IMG/VR virus record: IMGVR_UViG_3300047320_000285
Location: 189,741-253,740 of that record
Length of the DNA: 64,000 nt
Direction: 5' to 3' (one strand)
Made by a program: the position numbers and the translations under genes. The notes beneath the pieces are model-generated. The model had not been told where the DNA came from and did no database searches. It saw only the letters and a list, made by a program, of their open reading frames with translations. Each line of letters opens with the position of its first letter. Position 1 is the first letter of the stretch. Of this stretch, positions 54,758-64,000 are shown piece by piece.

Positions 54758-56056
54758 ATGATGTCTACCAAAAAACTGATTCAAACCTACCGGGAACTGC
54801 TCGCCACGGCTGACCTCGAAGTCACCGAGGACGACTGCGTGAGTCTGCGCGTGCCGAGTAAGGAAAAGATCAAGCTCGTGCCGCTCACGCTCAAGGGCAA
54901 GCGGTTGGTGCTGCCGACCAAGGAGCATCTCGCGCAACACGACTGGGATAGCCGGGTGTGTTTCCATCCACTCTCGGAAAACACCGGTGCCGGTGAATCG
55001 GAAGTGCTCGAGAAGTATCGGGCCTGTCTGAACCATCGTTTCAACACGGTGGTGCCGATCATCATGCTGGCGCTGATGCGCATCGGCGCGTCGCTGGACG
55101 ACCAGAAGAAGCTCGATCCTGAACAGGCCGAGTTCCTGCCCGCCGTCAAGAACGTCGACAAGACGCTGATCGAATCGTTCACCACGATCTTGGGCAAGAT
55201 GCCGGCCAATACGCCGACCAAACAGTTCGTCAACATCTTCCTGCGCCGCAGTGCCAAGCTCGGGGATGTCTCGTACTTCCGTGCGGGCATCGTGCACTTC
55301 CCGTTCTACACCGAACTGCTCAAGCGTGAAGGCACCGTGCATGGCGTGAAACTGCGCAAGAAGGATTTCGACGTGCTGATCAACCTGATGGATTACATTC
55401 TCCCCCATCAGGGTGAAGTGAACTACTACAGCCGGGGTTCGGATTCGCGCACGGCGCCGTCGACCGATGCGATCATGAAGGCGGTGATGGCAGTGGCCGG
55501 ACCGTTGAACGATGTGGTAGAACGCTTCGGCAAACTGCTGCCGGACGATCTGGAAATCCCGTGCGAATGGGCCTCGACGTTCGATAACGTGGGGACGCTG
55601 ATCAACGAGATCCGTGACATTCCGATGCTGCAAGGCAACGAAGGCACGTTCGAAGACGACAAGCCGAGTGCGGTGGCACCTGCAGTGGCGGTTCATCAGG
55701 CGCAATCGCAAGAGCAGCAACGTGCGCCAGTGCCGGGTCGGGCGGGTGCCGCACCGGCTGGCGACTATCGGGCACCCGTGCCCAGTACCGCCGGCCAGCG
55801 TCCGAGCCACGACAGCAAGACTACCGATCTGGAAGCCTTGTTGCGCGGCAATCCGGCTTTGGCTCAGCAGGCAGGGCTCGCCGGCCAGCGTTGGGGTGGT
55901 TATCAGCAACCGCAACAAACCCGCGCGACTGCAGCTAATCCGCAAACGCCGATGGGTGGTGGTTTCCAACGCGGCGCGGGTTGGGGCAATAACAACCAAG
56001 GTGGCGGCAGCAGCTGGGGCGGCCAAGGCGGTGGCGGTTGGCGGCCGTCGATTTAA
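54758..56056 (+). CDS. Conserved nucleus-block protein (phiKZ gp70-like) with WG/Gln-rich tail, 432 aa
   Basis: SD aggag; FHPLSEN..GES; synteny. Confidence 0.65.
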   Translation: MMSTKKLIQTYRELLATADLEVTEDDCVSLRVPSKEKIKLVPLTLKGKRLVLPTKEHLAQHDWDSRVCFHPLSENTGAGESEVLEKYRACLNHRFNTVVPIIMLALMRIGASLDDQKKLDPEQAEFLPAVKNVDKTLIESFTTILGKMPANTPTKQFVNIFLRRSAKLGDVSYFRAGIVHFPFYTELLKREGTVHGVKLRKKDFDVLINLMDYILPHQGEVNYYSRGSDSRTAPSTDAIMKAVMAVAGPLNDVVERFGKLLPDDLEIPCEWASTFDNVGTLINEIRDIPMLQGNEGTFEDDKPSAVAPAVAVHQAQSQEQQRAPVPGRAGAAPAGDYRAPVPSTAGQRPSHDSKTTDLEALLRGNPALAQQAGLAGQRWGGYQQPQQTRATAANPQTPMGGGFQRGAGWGNNNQGGGSSWGGQGGGGWRPSI

Positions 56057-56058
56057 GA

Positions 56059-56113
56059 CGGCATAAAGCCAGCTAAGCGGTACAGAGTTCGCCCTCTGTA
56101 CCGCCTCTTTTTT
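56059..56113. terminator. Bidirectional terminator preceded by CGGCATAAA
   Basis: gcggtacagag-ttcgcc-ctctgtaccgc followed by a T-run. Confidence 0.75.
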
Positions 56114-56116
56114 TGG

Positions 56117-56464
56117 TCAGTTCTGACCGGTGTTATACAGACTGACGATGGTCTGCACTACGCTGAAATCGGGCTTCAGATACTGCAACAGATCTTGCGT
56201 GGCTTCTTCCGGCGCACTCAGACCGGTCATGCGCATGATCAGCCAGTGAAACTCGTACGGCACGTTGTCGTTGTTCAGCAGCCCAAAGAAGTCGGCTTCA
56301 AATCGATAGGCTAGGCCGGGTTCCACCGCGACCGGTACGGTCTTCGGATGGATGATGAGCCATGTCAGTGCGTCTTCCAGCGCATTGCGCAAGCCATCGG
56401 TATAAAAGATCTGTTTGTCCGTGCCCGAGGCTTGAGCATTGATGGACATAGTCGAGAGTGCCAT
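56117..56464 (-). CDS. Small conserved protein, T4 gp53/LysM-like baseplate component (tentative), 115 aa
   Basis: YRFEADFFGLL...HWLIMRMTGL..P pattern; opposite strand within the block. Confidence 0.45.
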   Translation of the reverse strand: MALSTMSINAQASGTDKQIFYTDGLRNALEDALTWLIIHPKTVPVAVEPGLAYRFEADFFGLLNNDNVPYEFHWLIMRMTGLSAPEEATQDLLQYLKPDFSVVQTIVSLYNTGQN

Positions 56465-56587
56465 AGTACGCCCTTATTTGCTTTATTGAAAAACAATCAC
56501 ATATCATCAAAAGGAGCAGGTTGTCGCCCAGATAACTGTGTTCAGGATAGACGAGAATCAATGACACTGTATTACAAGGAGAACTAA

Positions 56588-58741
56588 GTGCGGCCCGAAC
56601 CTAATGAACTTAGGCCCGAGTTGCTGAGTACGCTGGCGATTAATTCGTTTAAGCAGACCAACTCAGCGTCTCGGGACCAGATGCTCTCGAATCACATTGG
56701 CCAGCATCTGACCATTGAGAAAGGCGAAGAGCGGCTGTGCCAGTCCGGCAATGAAGCCAAGTTTGGCATGTACACCTTTGGCGTCAAGATGCCCGCCAAC
56801 GGATATGTGGTCAAACACATCGAGCGCTATGAGCGCACCTACGACGCAGCAATTGCGTTCAGTCCTGAAGCCGTGCTGATTTTCGAGCACGAAGAAGGCC
56901 ATGAGATCGATGTGCTGAAGCTGCCGCGCCACAGTCAACAACACCCGTATTTCGGCTTCGCTTATAAGCCGGGTCCGGCGATGGGGCGGCTCAAGCCCGG
57001 CAATGATATCCCGGAAGGCATGACGTTCTTGGATTCGCCGGCGATTAACGCACACAAGGGCTACGAGATGGCCCTGAATCTGAACGTGGCGTTTATGAGT
57101 GTACCGGGTGTCGCTGAGGACGGCATCGTGATCTCCGAGAGCTGTGCCAAGCGCTTTGCGTTCCGGATTTACGAAACGCGCGTGATCGAGTGCGGTGGCA
57201 AAGCGTTCCCCGTCAACGCCTACGGCTATAAGGACGAAGCCACGGGTAAGGTGATCTATAAGCCCCATCCGGATATTGGTGACGAGATCCGGGCAGATGG
57301 GTTGCTGATGGCGCTGCGCAGCTACGACGAGATGCTGGCGCCGATCGAGCAGAGCGTGGAAGATCTGCTGGAAGTCGACCGCTTCTTTGACCAGTCGACC
57401 TATGTCGGCGCGGGTGGTCGGGTGGTGGATATCAAAGTCCATCATCAGGGCACCAACCCCCAGCCGATGTTGCCCGAAGGCATGGAAGAGCAGATGCTCA
57501 AGTACGACCGGGCCCGGCGGTTGTATTATCAGGCGATTCTCGATGAATGGTTGCGTCTAAAGCGCGAGCGCGGCGGCAAGCTGTTGTTCACGCCGCGTTT
57601 TTCGGCCTTGGTACGGGAAGCCATCTCGGTGGTGGGGAGCAATTCCACCGCACCGAACGAGAACATCAAGATGCTGTATCGCCAGTCCCCACTGGATGAA
57701 TGGCGTCTGGAGTTCACGGTCGAGTATATCGTGATCCCGAAGAAGGGGGCCAAGCTCACCGACTTCCATGGCGGCAAGGGCGTGATCTGTGAAATCCTGC
57801 CGGATGACCAGATGCCGATGGATGCCCATGGCAATCGCGCCGATGCGATTATGGATGGCGGCGCGACCGTCAGCCGGATGAACTACGGCCGTCTGTATGA
57901 GCATTTCTTCAATGCGGCAAGCCGGGATCTGGTGCGCGAGCTGACGATCGGGCTGGGTTTCCAACCGACCTCGAAAGATGTCTACAAGAAACTCACCGCG
58001 CTGGAAGAAGACAACCCGGCCTTGTTCGAGCATGCGTGGAACCGTCTGATGGGGCTGTACGAAATCATCAGTCCGCGCCAGTACGCGATGTTCATCGGGG
58101 GACGTTACGAGAATGGCCGACAAGGCTATCGCTCGCAGCATCTGTCGCGGGTCATCAAGCACTATCTCGACAAAAACCAAGGTGCGCATCTGTTTGTGCC
58201 GACCGACAACGAGCCGGAAGTCACCGACATCGTGCGCAACCTGCAAGCGTTCTGTCCGCCGCTGAACGAACCGGTCACGTATGTGGGTAATTCGGGTCGC
58301 CGGGTCACCACCGTCAATCCGGTACAAATCGCCCCGCTGTACGTGATGTTGCTGGAAAAGATCGCCGACGACTGGTCCGCCTGTCCGTCTGGCAAGCTGC
58401 AACACTTCGGCGTGCTCTCGCAACTGAGCGCGGGAGACAAGTACTCCAAACCCACCCGGACCCAACCGATTCGGGCGATGGGGGAATCCGAAGTCCGGAT
58501 CTACGGCGCGTACTGTGGCACGGAAGTCACCGCTGACATGCTGGACAAGAATAACAATCCGTTCACGCACAAATACATGCTCCAGCAGATCTATAGCGCG
58601 GACAAGCCTACGGCCATCAAGACCATTGTGGACCGGAGCAAAGTACCGATGGGGGGTTCCAAACCATTGCAGTTGATCAAACACATCGCCAGCGCCGGCG
58701 GTTGGAAGTTTGTCTACGAACCGGCCCGAACGACACAGTAA
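56588..58741 (+). CDS. Non-virion RNA polymerase beta-like subunit, C-terminal half (phiKZ gp71/73-like), 717 aa
   Basis: GVAEDGIVIS, GAKLTDFHGGKGVI, SRMNYGRLYE, MGESEVR. Confidence 0.92.
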   Translation: MRPEPNELRPELLSTLAINSFKQTNSASRDQMLSNHIGQHLTIEKGEERLCQSGNEAKFGMYTFGVKMPANGYVVKHIERYERTYDAAIAFSPEAVLIFEHEEGHEIDVLKLPRHSQQHPYFGFAYKPGPAMGRLKPGNDIPEGMTFLDSPAINAHKGYEMALNLNVAFMSVPGVAEDGIVISESCAKRFAFRIYETRVIECGGKAFPVNAYGYKDEATGKVIYKPHPDIGDEIRADGLLMALRSYDEMLAPIEQSVEDLLEVDRFFDQSTYVGAGGRVVDIKVHHQGTNPQPMLPEGMEEQMLKYDRARRLYYQAILDEWLRLKRERGGKLLFTPRFSALVREAISVVGSNSTAPNENIKMLYRQSPLDEWRLEFTVEYIVIPKKGAKLTDFHGGKGVICEILPDDQMPMDAHGNRADAIMDGGATVSRMNYGRLYEHFFNAASRDLVRELTIGLGFQPTSKDVYKKLTALEEDNPALFEHAWNRLMGLYEIISPRQYAMFIGGRYENGRQGYRSQHLSRVIKHYLDKNQGAHLFVPTDNEPEVTDIVRNLQAFCPPLNEPVTYVGNSGRRVTTVNPVQIAPLYVMLLEKIADDWSACPSGKLQHFGVLSQLSAGDKYSKPTRTQPIRAMGESEVRIYGAYCGTEVTADMLDKNNNPFTHKYMLQQIYSADKPTAIKTIVDRSKVPMGGSKPLQLIKHIASAGGWKFVYEPARTTQ

Positions 58742-58753
58742 CAAGGAGGCACG

Positions 58754-60796
58754 ATGTACGAAATCACTGCCCGCGACATGCTCCGCTTCGAACCCAGCGA
58801 ATTGTGGGAGCATCTGACCGGGGACTTTACGTTGGTGTTTGACAACGGGGAGAAGATCGAGACCAATGCGATCATGACCTTCTTCTCGTCGTTTGCGTGG
58901 GTCTACCATCGCAAGTATCCGCTGACCCCGTTGTTGCCCAAGCACCACGTGCAGGTGCTGCTCAACGGTCGGCGTTATTCGGCCAATACCCATCTGGAGA
59001 TCCTCGGGGTGGCGTTGGAATCCACCTACGCCTCGTATCTGGATCTGGGTGAGCAACTTGATCGGGATGTCTTGGCTGAAGTGCTGTTTTACGACGGCAT
59101 GAGTGCGATCTACAACGACTGGTCGTATCGGTTCGAGGAGTATGTGGCCTCGATCAGCATTCTGAACTTCACCGAGATCTTGGATGACCCCGAGATCAAG
59201 GCGAACAAGGAAGCGCAGGTGCCGGAAGCGTGGTCGATTGAGGAAGCCTACAAGGTGATGGATCGGGTGCTCAACGATCCCACCAAGTTCCAGAACAACC
59301 CGGTGGTGCTCGCCTATCGCTCTAAGTTGGTCAACGCCAATCAGTTGCAACAGTCGTTGGGTCCGCGGGGCTATGTGACCGACACGGACTCGCACCAGTT
59401 CCGCTATCCGATCATGCGCGGGTACGTGGAGGGCCTGCGCCGCTTCTACGACTCGCTGATCGAATCGCGCTCGGCCTCGAAAGCGTTGCAGTTCTCCAAG
59501 GCCAACCTGCGGGACGCGGAGTATTTCTCGCGTAAGCTGCAGCTCGCCTGTATGCAGGTCAAGCGCCTGCACAAGGGCGACTGTGGCGCCAAGGAGTATC
59601 TGTTGTGGACAGTCCAAGGCGAGAAATTCGATGACCAAGGCCGGAAGATCAGCAGTGGTGACCTGCCGTTGATTGTGGGCGCGAACTATCTGGATGAGGA
59701 AAGCGGCCGGCTCAAGGCGATCCAAGGCAACGAGAAGCATTTCGTGGGCAAGACGATCAAATTGCGCAATCCGATTTTCTGTAACCATGCGGACGCCGAT
59801 GGGATCTGCGAGACCTGTTTTGGTGAGCTGAGCTTGCAGGTGCCTAAGCTTACCAATATCGGTCACTTGTGCTGTGTGACGATGACGGAGCCATCCACGC
59901 AGTCGGTGCTGTCGGTCAAGCACTTGGACGGCAATGCTACCATCGAGTCGATTGTGCTTGACATGGCGGATGTGATGTTCCTGAAGGCTTCACGAGATCG
60001 ACAGTCGTATCTGTTGCACGATCGCCTCGCGAAGCTGCAGCCCAAACTGATCATCCCAAGTGAAGATGCACAAGCCCTTAACGACGTGATGAGCGTGGAT
60101 GACGTGGAGGACTTTAACATCTCGCGTATCTCCGAGCTGGACATCCTCGGCATTCAGTACACCGAGAAGGGTCAGCGCTTCCTGCACAGTGCGCAAGTCC
60201 ATATGGGCAAGCGTAAATCCTCGATGACGTACGCGTTGCTGAACCATATCCGTCGTCAAGGGCGGTTGGATATCAACAACGAGGGCAACTTCGAAATCGA
60301 TCTGGCGGGCTGGAACTATTCGGAGCCGGTGCTCGCGTTGCCGTTGCGGCACTTCAACATGTCCGATCACTCGAAAGAGATTTCGGCCATGCTGCAAGCG
60401 ACCAAGGACCAGATGCAGCAGCGTGACAAGGACGTGCGACCCAGCGCATTCTTGGCTGAGTTCTTCAAGATGGTGAACAACAAGCTGTCCGTTAATTTGG
60501 CACCGTTGTCCGTCATCCTGTATGCGATCATGATCGTCAGTGCCGAGCAGGAAGATTATCGCCTGCCCAAGCCGTGGACCAAGCGCGGCATCGGTACATA
60601 CGACTTCACCATGTCGCGCCGCTCGCTCTCGGCCACGATGGCGTATCAGGACCATTACGACATCTTTATCTCGCCGGAATCGTTTGTGCTGGGTCATCGC
60701 CCGGACCACATTTTTGATGGCCTGTTGTTGCCTTTCGAGCTGTACGGGGGTCAGCAACCGTGGACGGCGGCGGGAGGTCAGTACGCGCTGCAATAA
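58754..60796 (+). CDS. Non-virion RNA polymerase beta'-like subunit, C-terminal half (phiKZ gp74-like), 680 aa
   Basis: QLQQSLGPRG, bridge-helix-like ESRSASKAL, CETCFG, trigger-loop-like TEPSTQSVLSVKH. Confidence 0.9.
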   Translation: MYEITARDMLRFEPSELWEHLTGDFTLVFDNGEKIETNAIMTFFSSFAWVYHRKYPLTPLLPKHHVQVLLNGRRYSANTHLEILGVALESTYASYLDLGEQLDRDVLAEVLFYDGMSAIYNDWSYRFEEYVASISILNFTEILDDPEIKANKEAQVPEAWSIEEAYKVMDRVLNDPTKFQNNPVVLAYRSKLVNANQLQQSLGPRGYVTDTDSHQFRYPIMRGYVEGLRRFYDSLIESRSASKALQFSKANLRDAEYFSRKLQLACMQVKRLHKGDCGAKEYLLWTVQGEKFDDQGRKISSGDLPLIVGANYLDEESGRLKAIQGNEKHFVGKTIKLRNPIFCNHADADGICETCFGELSLQVPKLTNIGHLCCVTMTEPSTQSVLSVKHLDGNATIESIVLDMADVMFLKASRDRQSYLLHDRLAKLQPKLIIPSEDAQALNDVMSVDDVEDFNISRISELDILGIQYTEKGQRFLHSAQVHMGKRKSSMTYALLNHIRRQGRLDINNEGNFEIDLAGWNYSEPVLALPLRHFNMSDHSKEISAMLQATKDQMQQRDKDVRPSAFLAEFFKMVNNKLSVNLAPLSVILYAIMIVSAEQEDYRLPKPWTKRGIGTYDFTMSRRSLSATMAYQDHYDIFISPESFVLGHRPDHIFDGLLLPFELYGGQQPWTAAGGQYALQ

Positions 60797-60812
60797 CTTC
60801 AAGAGGTAGCCT

Positions 60813-62342
60813 ATGGCGGAACTCACCGTCACTGTCTTTAGCCATCACTTCGCGGTGAGTAAGATCAGCGGGCGATCGCATGCCGCCGTGCAGGAGTTTG
60901 CACGGCGTTACGTGCAGTACGGGGTGATCAAGCAGGGCCGTCAGTGGGTTCGCGTGGCCACCAAGGTCTACGCCGCCGCTTCGCGTGACCGCACCGTGTA
61001 TCGCTTTCACATTAACCAGATGGAGGACTTTGAGCATCACCTGAAGCGGCATTTCCTGAAAGACACCGAGGAACGCGTGATCCAGCCCTACAAGGTGATC
61101 GATCCGGTCACCTTGGAGATCAAGCCGGAGTGGGTGCCTCGGGACGATCAGATGCCGGTGATCGAGTATATCTGCGCGGATAACCCGCACATCTCACGCT
61201 TTGTCGATTTGCAAACGGGTAAGGGCAAGTCCTTTATCACGATGTATTCGGCAGCCAAGCTGCGTGCGCGGGCGATCTACATCTTCCGTCCGATGTATCT
61301 GGACAAATGGGTGATCGATATCCGCAAGACGTACAACATCGCGCACGAGGACCTGATGACGGTCCAAGGCTCGGGTGAGCTGATTGAGTTCTTGGAGCTG
61401 ATGAGAACCGGAGAATGGGCCGGTAAAGTGGTACTCGTCAGTAACAAGACGTTCCAGAATTTCCTCAAGCTGTACGAGGAACATCAGGACGGCATTCTCG
61501 ACATGGGCTACGCGTGCACGCCACCGGAGTTCTTCGAGTTTGTCGGGAGCAGTCTGCGGGTGATTGATGAGGTCCATCAGGACTTCCATCTGAACTTCAA
61601 GATTGACCTGTACAGCCATGTGCAGCGATCGGTCTCGTTGTCGGCGACCATGATTAGCGACGATCCCTTTGTGGAGCGGATGCAAAATCTCGCCTACCCG
61701 TCGGACAAACGCTATCAGGGTGGCGTGTATGACAAGTACATCGCCACCCGGGCCGTGTTCTACCAGCTGGAAAATCCGCAACTGGTGAAATACAAGCAGA
61801 ACAGTAACTACTCGCACAATGTGTACGAGCATTCGATCATGAAAGTGCCGCGAATGCTGAATAACTACATTCGCATCATCGTCCGGTTGCTGGAAACCAC
61901 GTGGCTCCGTGAGGACTACTACAAACCCGGCGATCGCGCGGTGGTGTTCTGTGCGAGTATTGACCTGTGTACGCTACTCACCGATCGCCTGCAACAGCAC
62001 TTCACCAAGTTCACGGTGATGCGCTATGTGGGCTCGCTGAACGATCCGTACGATAACCTGATGAACCCCGATTTGCGGGTGACCACCCACGGCTCAGCCG
62101 GTACCGCGGTGGACATTCCGGAGTTGACGGTGACCATCATGTCGTTGGCCCTGAAGTCCAGCTCAGGCAGCCTGCAGAACCTTGGCCGCTTGCGTAAGCT
62201 GAAAGACGGGCGCGAACCGCTGTATGTGTACATGAACTGCTCGGACATCCCCAAGCATATCGAGTATCACGAACACCGTCAGAAGCTGCTGGATGGCAAG
62301 ACCACCAACTACCGGGTGGATCGTATCGGTATTGTCGTCTGA
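60813..62342 (+). CDS. SF2 helicase, UvsW-like (phiKZ gp75-like), 509 aa
   Basis: LQTGKGKS, VIDEVHQDFH, SLSAT, QNLGRLR. Confidence 0.9.
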   Translation: MAELTVTVFSHHFAVSKISGRSHAAVQEFARRYVQYGVIKQGRQWVRVATKVYAAASRDRTVYRFHINQMEDFEHHLKRHFLKDTEERVIQPYKVIDPVTLEIKPEWVPRDDQMPVIEYICADNPHISRFVDLQTGKGKSFITMYSAAKLRARAIYIFRPMYLDKWVIDIRKTYNIAHEDLMTVQGSGELIEFLELMRTGEWAGKVVLVSNKTFQNFLKLYEEHQDGILDMGYACTPPEFFEFVGSSLRVIDEVHQDFHLNFKIDLYSHVQRSVSLSATMISDDPFVERMQNLAYPSDKRYQGGVYDKYIATRAVFYQLENPQLVKYKQNSNYSHNVYEHSIMKVPRMLNNYIRIIVRLLETTWLREDYYKPGDRAVVFCASIDLCTLLTDRLQQHFTKFTVMRYVGSLNDPYDNLMNPDLRVTTHGSAGTAVDIPELTVTIMSLALKSSSGSLQNLGRLRKLKDGREPLYVYMNCSDIPKHIEYHEHRQKLLDGKTTNYRVDRIGIVV

Positions 62343-62346
62343 TCCG

Positions 62347-62372
62347 GGCGGGGGCTTCGGCCTCCGCCTTTT
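62347..62372 (+). terminator. Intrinsic terminator
   Basis: ggcgggggc-ttcg-gcctccgcc-tttt. Confidence 0.75.
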
Positions 62373-62398
62373 ATATTTCCTAACAATAGTGAGTCGCC

Positions 62399-62869
62399 AT
62401 GAACCATTACCTGAATGCCAAAATCAGCTCTATCTCGGATGCGATCTTGGGCCTCGTGGGTGCCTTGATGCAGGTCAAGCCGCCTACCGAAGGCCAGCGC
62501 GTGCAAATCGTCAAGCATGTGCATGAGGGCCGCCTCCTCGTGGAGTTGCGTGTGGTGCGCGACCATGATAAAGCCACGTCGGATTACGGCGTGCGTCAGG
62601 CGTGGATCTACACCTATCCGGAGGAGGCGCGCTTCGAGTTGCATTACACCACCCGCGACGACATCCTGAAGATCGTCGAGTCGTACCCGCATCTGAAGAC
62701 GAACGCCTCGGTGGTCTTCACCACTCAGCAAAAGGCGGCCTCGACTTTTACCCTCGAGAACATCTATCCGGCGTGCGACATTTTGCATCTGTATCTCACG
62801 GATCCCTCCGACACACTCCCGGGTATCGGTGGTAACGTGGAAACCAACCTTCCTCAACAAGACGCTTAA
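62399..62869 (+). CDS. Hypothetical protein, 156 aa
   Basis: SD gag; phage-typical codon bias. Confidence 0.6.
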   Translation: MNHYLNAKISSISDAILGLVGALMQVKPPTEGQRVQIVKHVHEGRLLVELRVVRDHDKATSDYGVRQAWIYTYPEEARFELHYTTRDDILKIVESYPHLKTNASVVFTTQQKAASTFTLENIYPACDILHLYLTDPSDTLPGIGGNVETNLPQQDA

Positions 62870-62881
62870 TAAGGATTAATA

Positions 62882-63445
62882 ATGTCTCTCACGAACGAAC
62901 CACGCAATGGTCTCGAAGCCTACGAACGGATTGTGCCGTTGGCGTACTTCCATCGCGTGCGTGATGCGCTCGCCGAGTATCTGGACAAGGTCCGCTCAGT
63001 GCATCCGAAAGTCAACCCGGTGATGGTGGCAATGGAGTACATCCTGCAAGCCGAAGCCATTCATAACGGCGGGGTGTATTCAGCGCTCAGCGGCGGTCTG
63101 TATGACGAGGCCATGAAGTATGCTTACAGCTACTTCGATCACATCACGCTAGAACGGCCCGGTCACGATACGGATCGCGCCATGGCGCGGCTGGAGTTCG
63201 ATGCGATGCGACGCTGGGCAGTTCCGGCTGCGCGTGAAGGTGCCGAGATCTTCTGGCTGGCGGAATTCACCGCGCTTTACAGTGCACCGTTCGACCACGA
63301 CTTCCTGAACGCGCTGGAGTCCATTAGCGGGACTCGGCTGGCCCACGGCTACCAGCGCACCTTTGCCCGCGACACCGTGGCGCATGACGCAGTGGCCCGC
63401 CAGTTCAATTCGTTATGCACGCACGTGAAGTTCTTCGCGGCATAA
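62882..63445 (+). CDS. Hypothetical protein, 187 aa
   Basis: SD aagga; ends in the GCA-TAA motif. Confidence 0.65.
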   Translation: MSLTNEPRNGLEAYERIVPLAYFHRVRDALAEYLDKVRSVHPKVNPVMVAMEYILQAEAIHNGGVYSALSGGLYDEAMKYAYSYFDHITLERPGHDTDRAMARLEFDAMRRWAVPAAREGAEIFWLAEFTALYSAPFDHDFLNALESISGTRLAHGYQRTFARDTVAHDAVARQFNSLCTHVKFFAA

Positions 63446-63456
63446 AAGTTGATAAG

Positions 63457-63498
63457 AGCATAAAGCCCTCTCCCATTGGGAGAGGGTCCTATGCCCCA
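63457..63498. terminator. Bidirectional terminator with GCATA/TATGC foot
   Basis: gcataaag-ccctctccc-att-gggagaggg-tcctatgc. Confidence 0.65.
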
Positions 63499-63511
63499 CT
63501 TCTTTTTTTCT

Positions 63512-63730
63512 CTAGCTACTGGTCCGACGGAAGTAATCGTCCGATACAGCTTGGGTGACGCCTTCGCTAGTGAGGACGCGGGTACTGCCGTCCTCGGTCA
63601 AACGAGCCTGTACGTAGTCCAGTTCCCGCTTGATTTGCAACTCATGCTCGACCCGTGCCATTTTCTGGCGTTCTTGGTAAGCCTCCCACCACCCAACCAC
63701 GACTGTAGCGATCGTTTGTATGAGTTTCAT
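63512..63730 (-). CDS. Small hypothetical protein, 72 aa
   Basis: SD ggggag before MKLIQTIA. Confidence 0.55.
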   Translation of the reverse strand: MKLIQTIATVVVGWWEAYQERQKMARVEHELQIKRELDYVQARLTEDGSTRVLTSEGVTQAVSDDYFRRTSS

Positions 63731-63753
63731 GCTGGTCTCCCCAGTAGGGGTTT

Positions 63754-63999
63754 TTAGCGGGGCAAATGCACAGCTACGGGGGTTTCGATGGGTTGCAGAT
63801 ACTGGACGATGATCGGATACACATGCGTCCAAGTCAGCTTGCCTTCGCCACACCCAATCGCCGGCACCGCCAACGATTCAATACCAAACCGCTCCACACC
63901 ACTCGCCAACCGGTACAAGCCTTCTTCGATCCATTCGATCTTGGAGGGCAAGCGCCAGTGACGCTTGGTCGGCAGACAAATGATCTTGCGACCATCCGT
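63754..63999 (-). CDS. Macrodomain (DarG/Poa1p-like ADP-ribosyl hydrolase), C-terminal part; 5'-truncated by window edge
   Basis: KIICLPTKRHWRLPSKIEWIEEGL...IESLAVPAIGCGEGKLTW..V. Confidence 0.85.
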   Translation of the reverse strand, partial: TDGRKIICLPTKRHWRLPSKIEWIEEGLYRLASGVERFGIESLAVPAIGCGEGKLTWTHVYPIIVQYLQPIETPVAVHLPR

Positions 64000-64000
64000 C

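Noticed and set aside
57557-59923. Long antisense ORFs (788 aa here; also 15665..17740, 43153..45066, 18552..20054, 38403..39836, 5232..6605 and others)
   Set aside because: Shadow frames produced by the strong GC3 codon bias of genuine sense genes; no SD, no recognisable motifs.
1-64000. CRISPR arrays, tRNA genes, integrases/transposases, inteins
   Set aside because: No regularly spaced direct repeats, cloverleafs, recombinase motifs or intein C-terminal HN-C/S/T signatures seen by eye in polymerase, helicase or terminase.

Overview
This window is from a nucleus-forming (phiKZ-like, Chimalliviridae) jumbo phage with high GC and proteobacterial-type codon bias; the host is not determinable from this sequence. 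Left part: split virion RNA polymerase (beta'-N with GADFDGD, beta), prohead protease, a small accessory cluster (P-loop mini-NTPase, a clear acyl carrier protein, a DUF488-like protein), tail tube and sheath, three baseplate/virion genes and the large terminase. Middle: virion genes, a palindrome-rich 0.7 kb intergenic region, small accessory ORFs, tubulin PhuZ, a tandem array of about 7 short diverged paralogs and the family-B DNA polymerase domain. Right part: the conserved nucleus/transcription block (chimallin, non-virion RNAP subunits, SbcD-like nuclease, ChmC-like, PicA/Imp1-like, SF2 helicase) and a partial DarG-like macrodomain at the edge. phiKZ gp-number assignments rest on motifs plus synteny from memory, not on a database search. 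Top novelty candidates: two long, densely base-paired, terminator-ended stretches with no credible CDS (about 31850-32528 after phuZ and about 37079-37494 before the DNA polymerase) that look like unannotated large ncRNAs. Also notable: the phage ACP, a GGCAUAAA/UUUAUGCC motif at about 13 gene ends, a probable AUC-initiated conserved gene, a possible second in-frame start in chimallin, and twin KWWNR C-termini. No tRNA or CRISPR array was seen.
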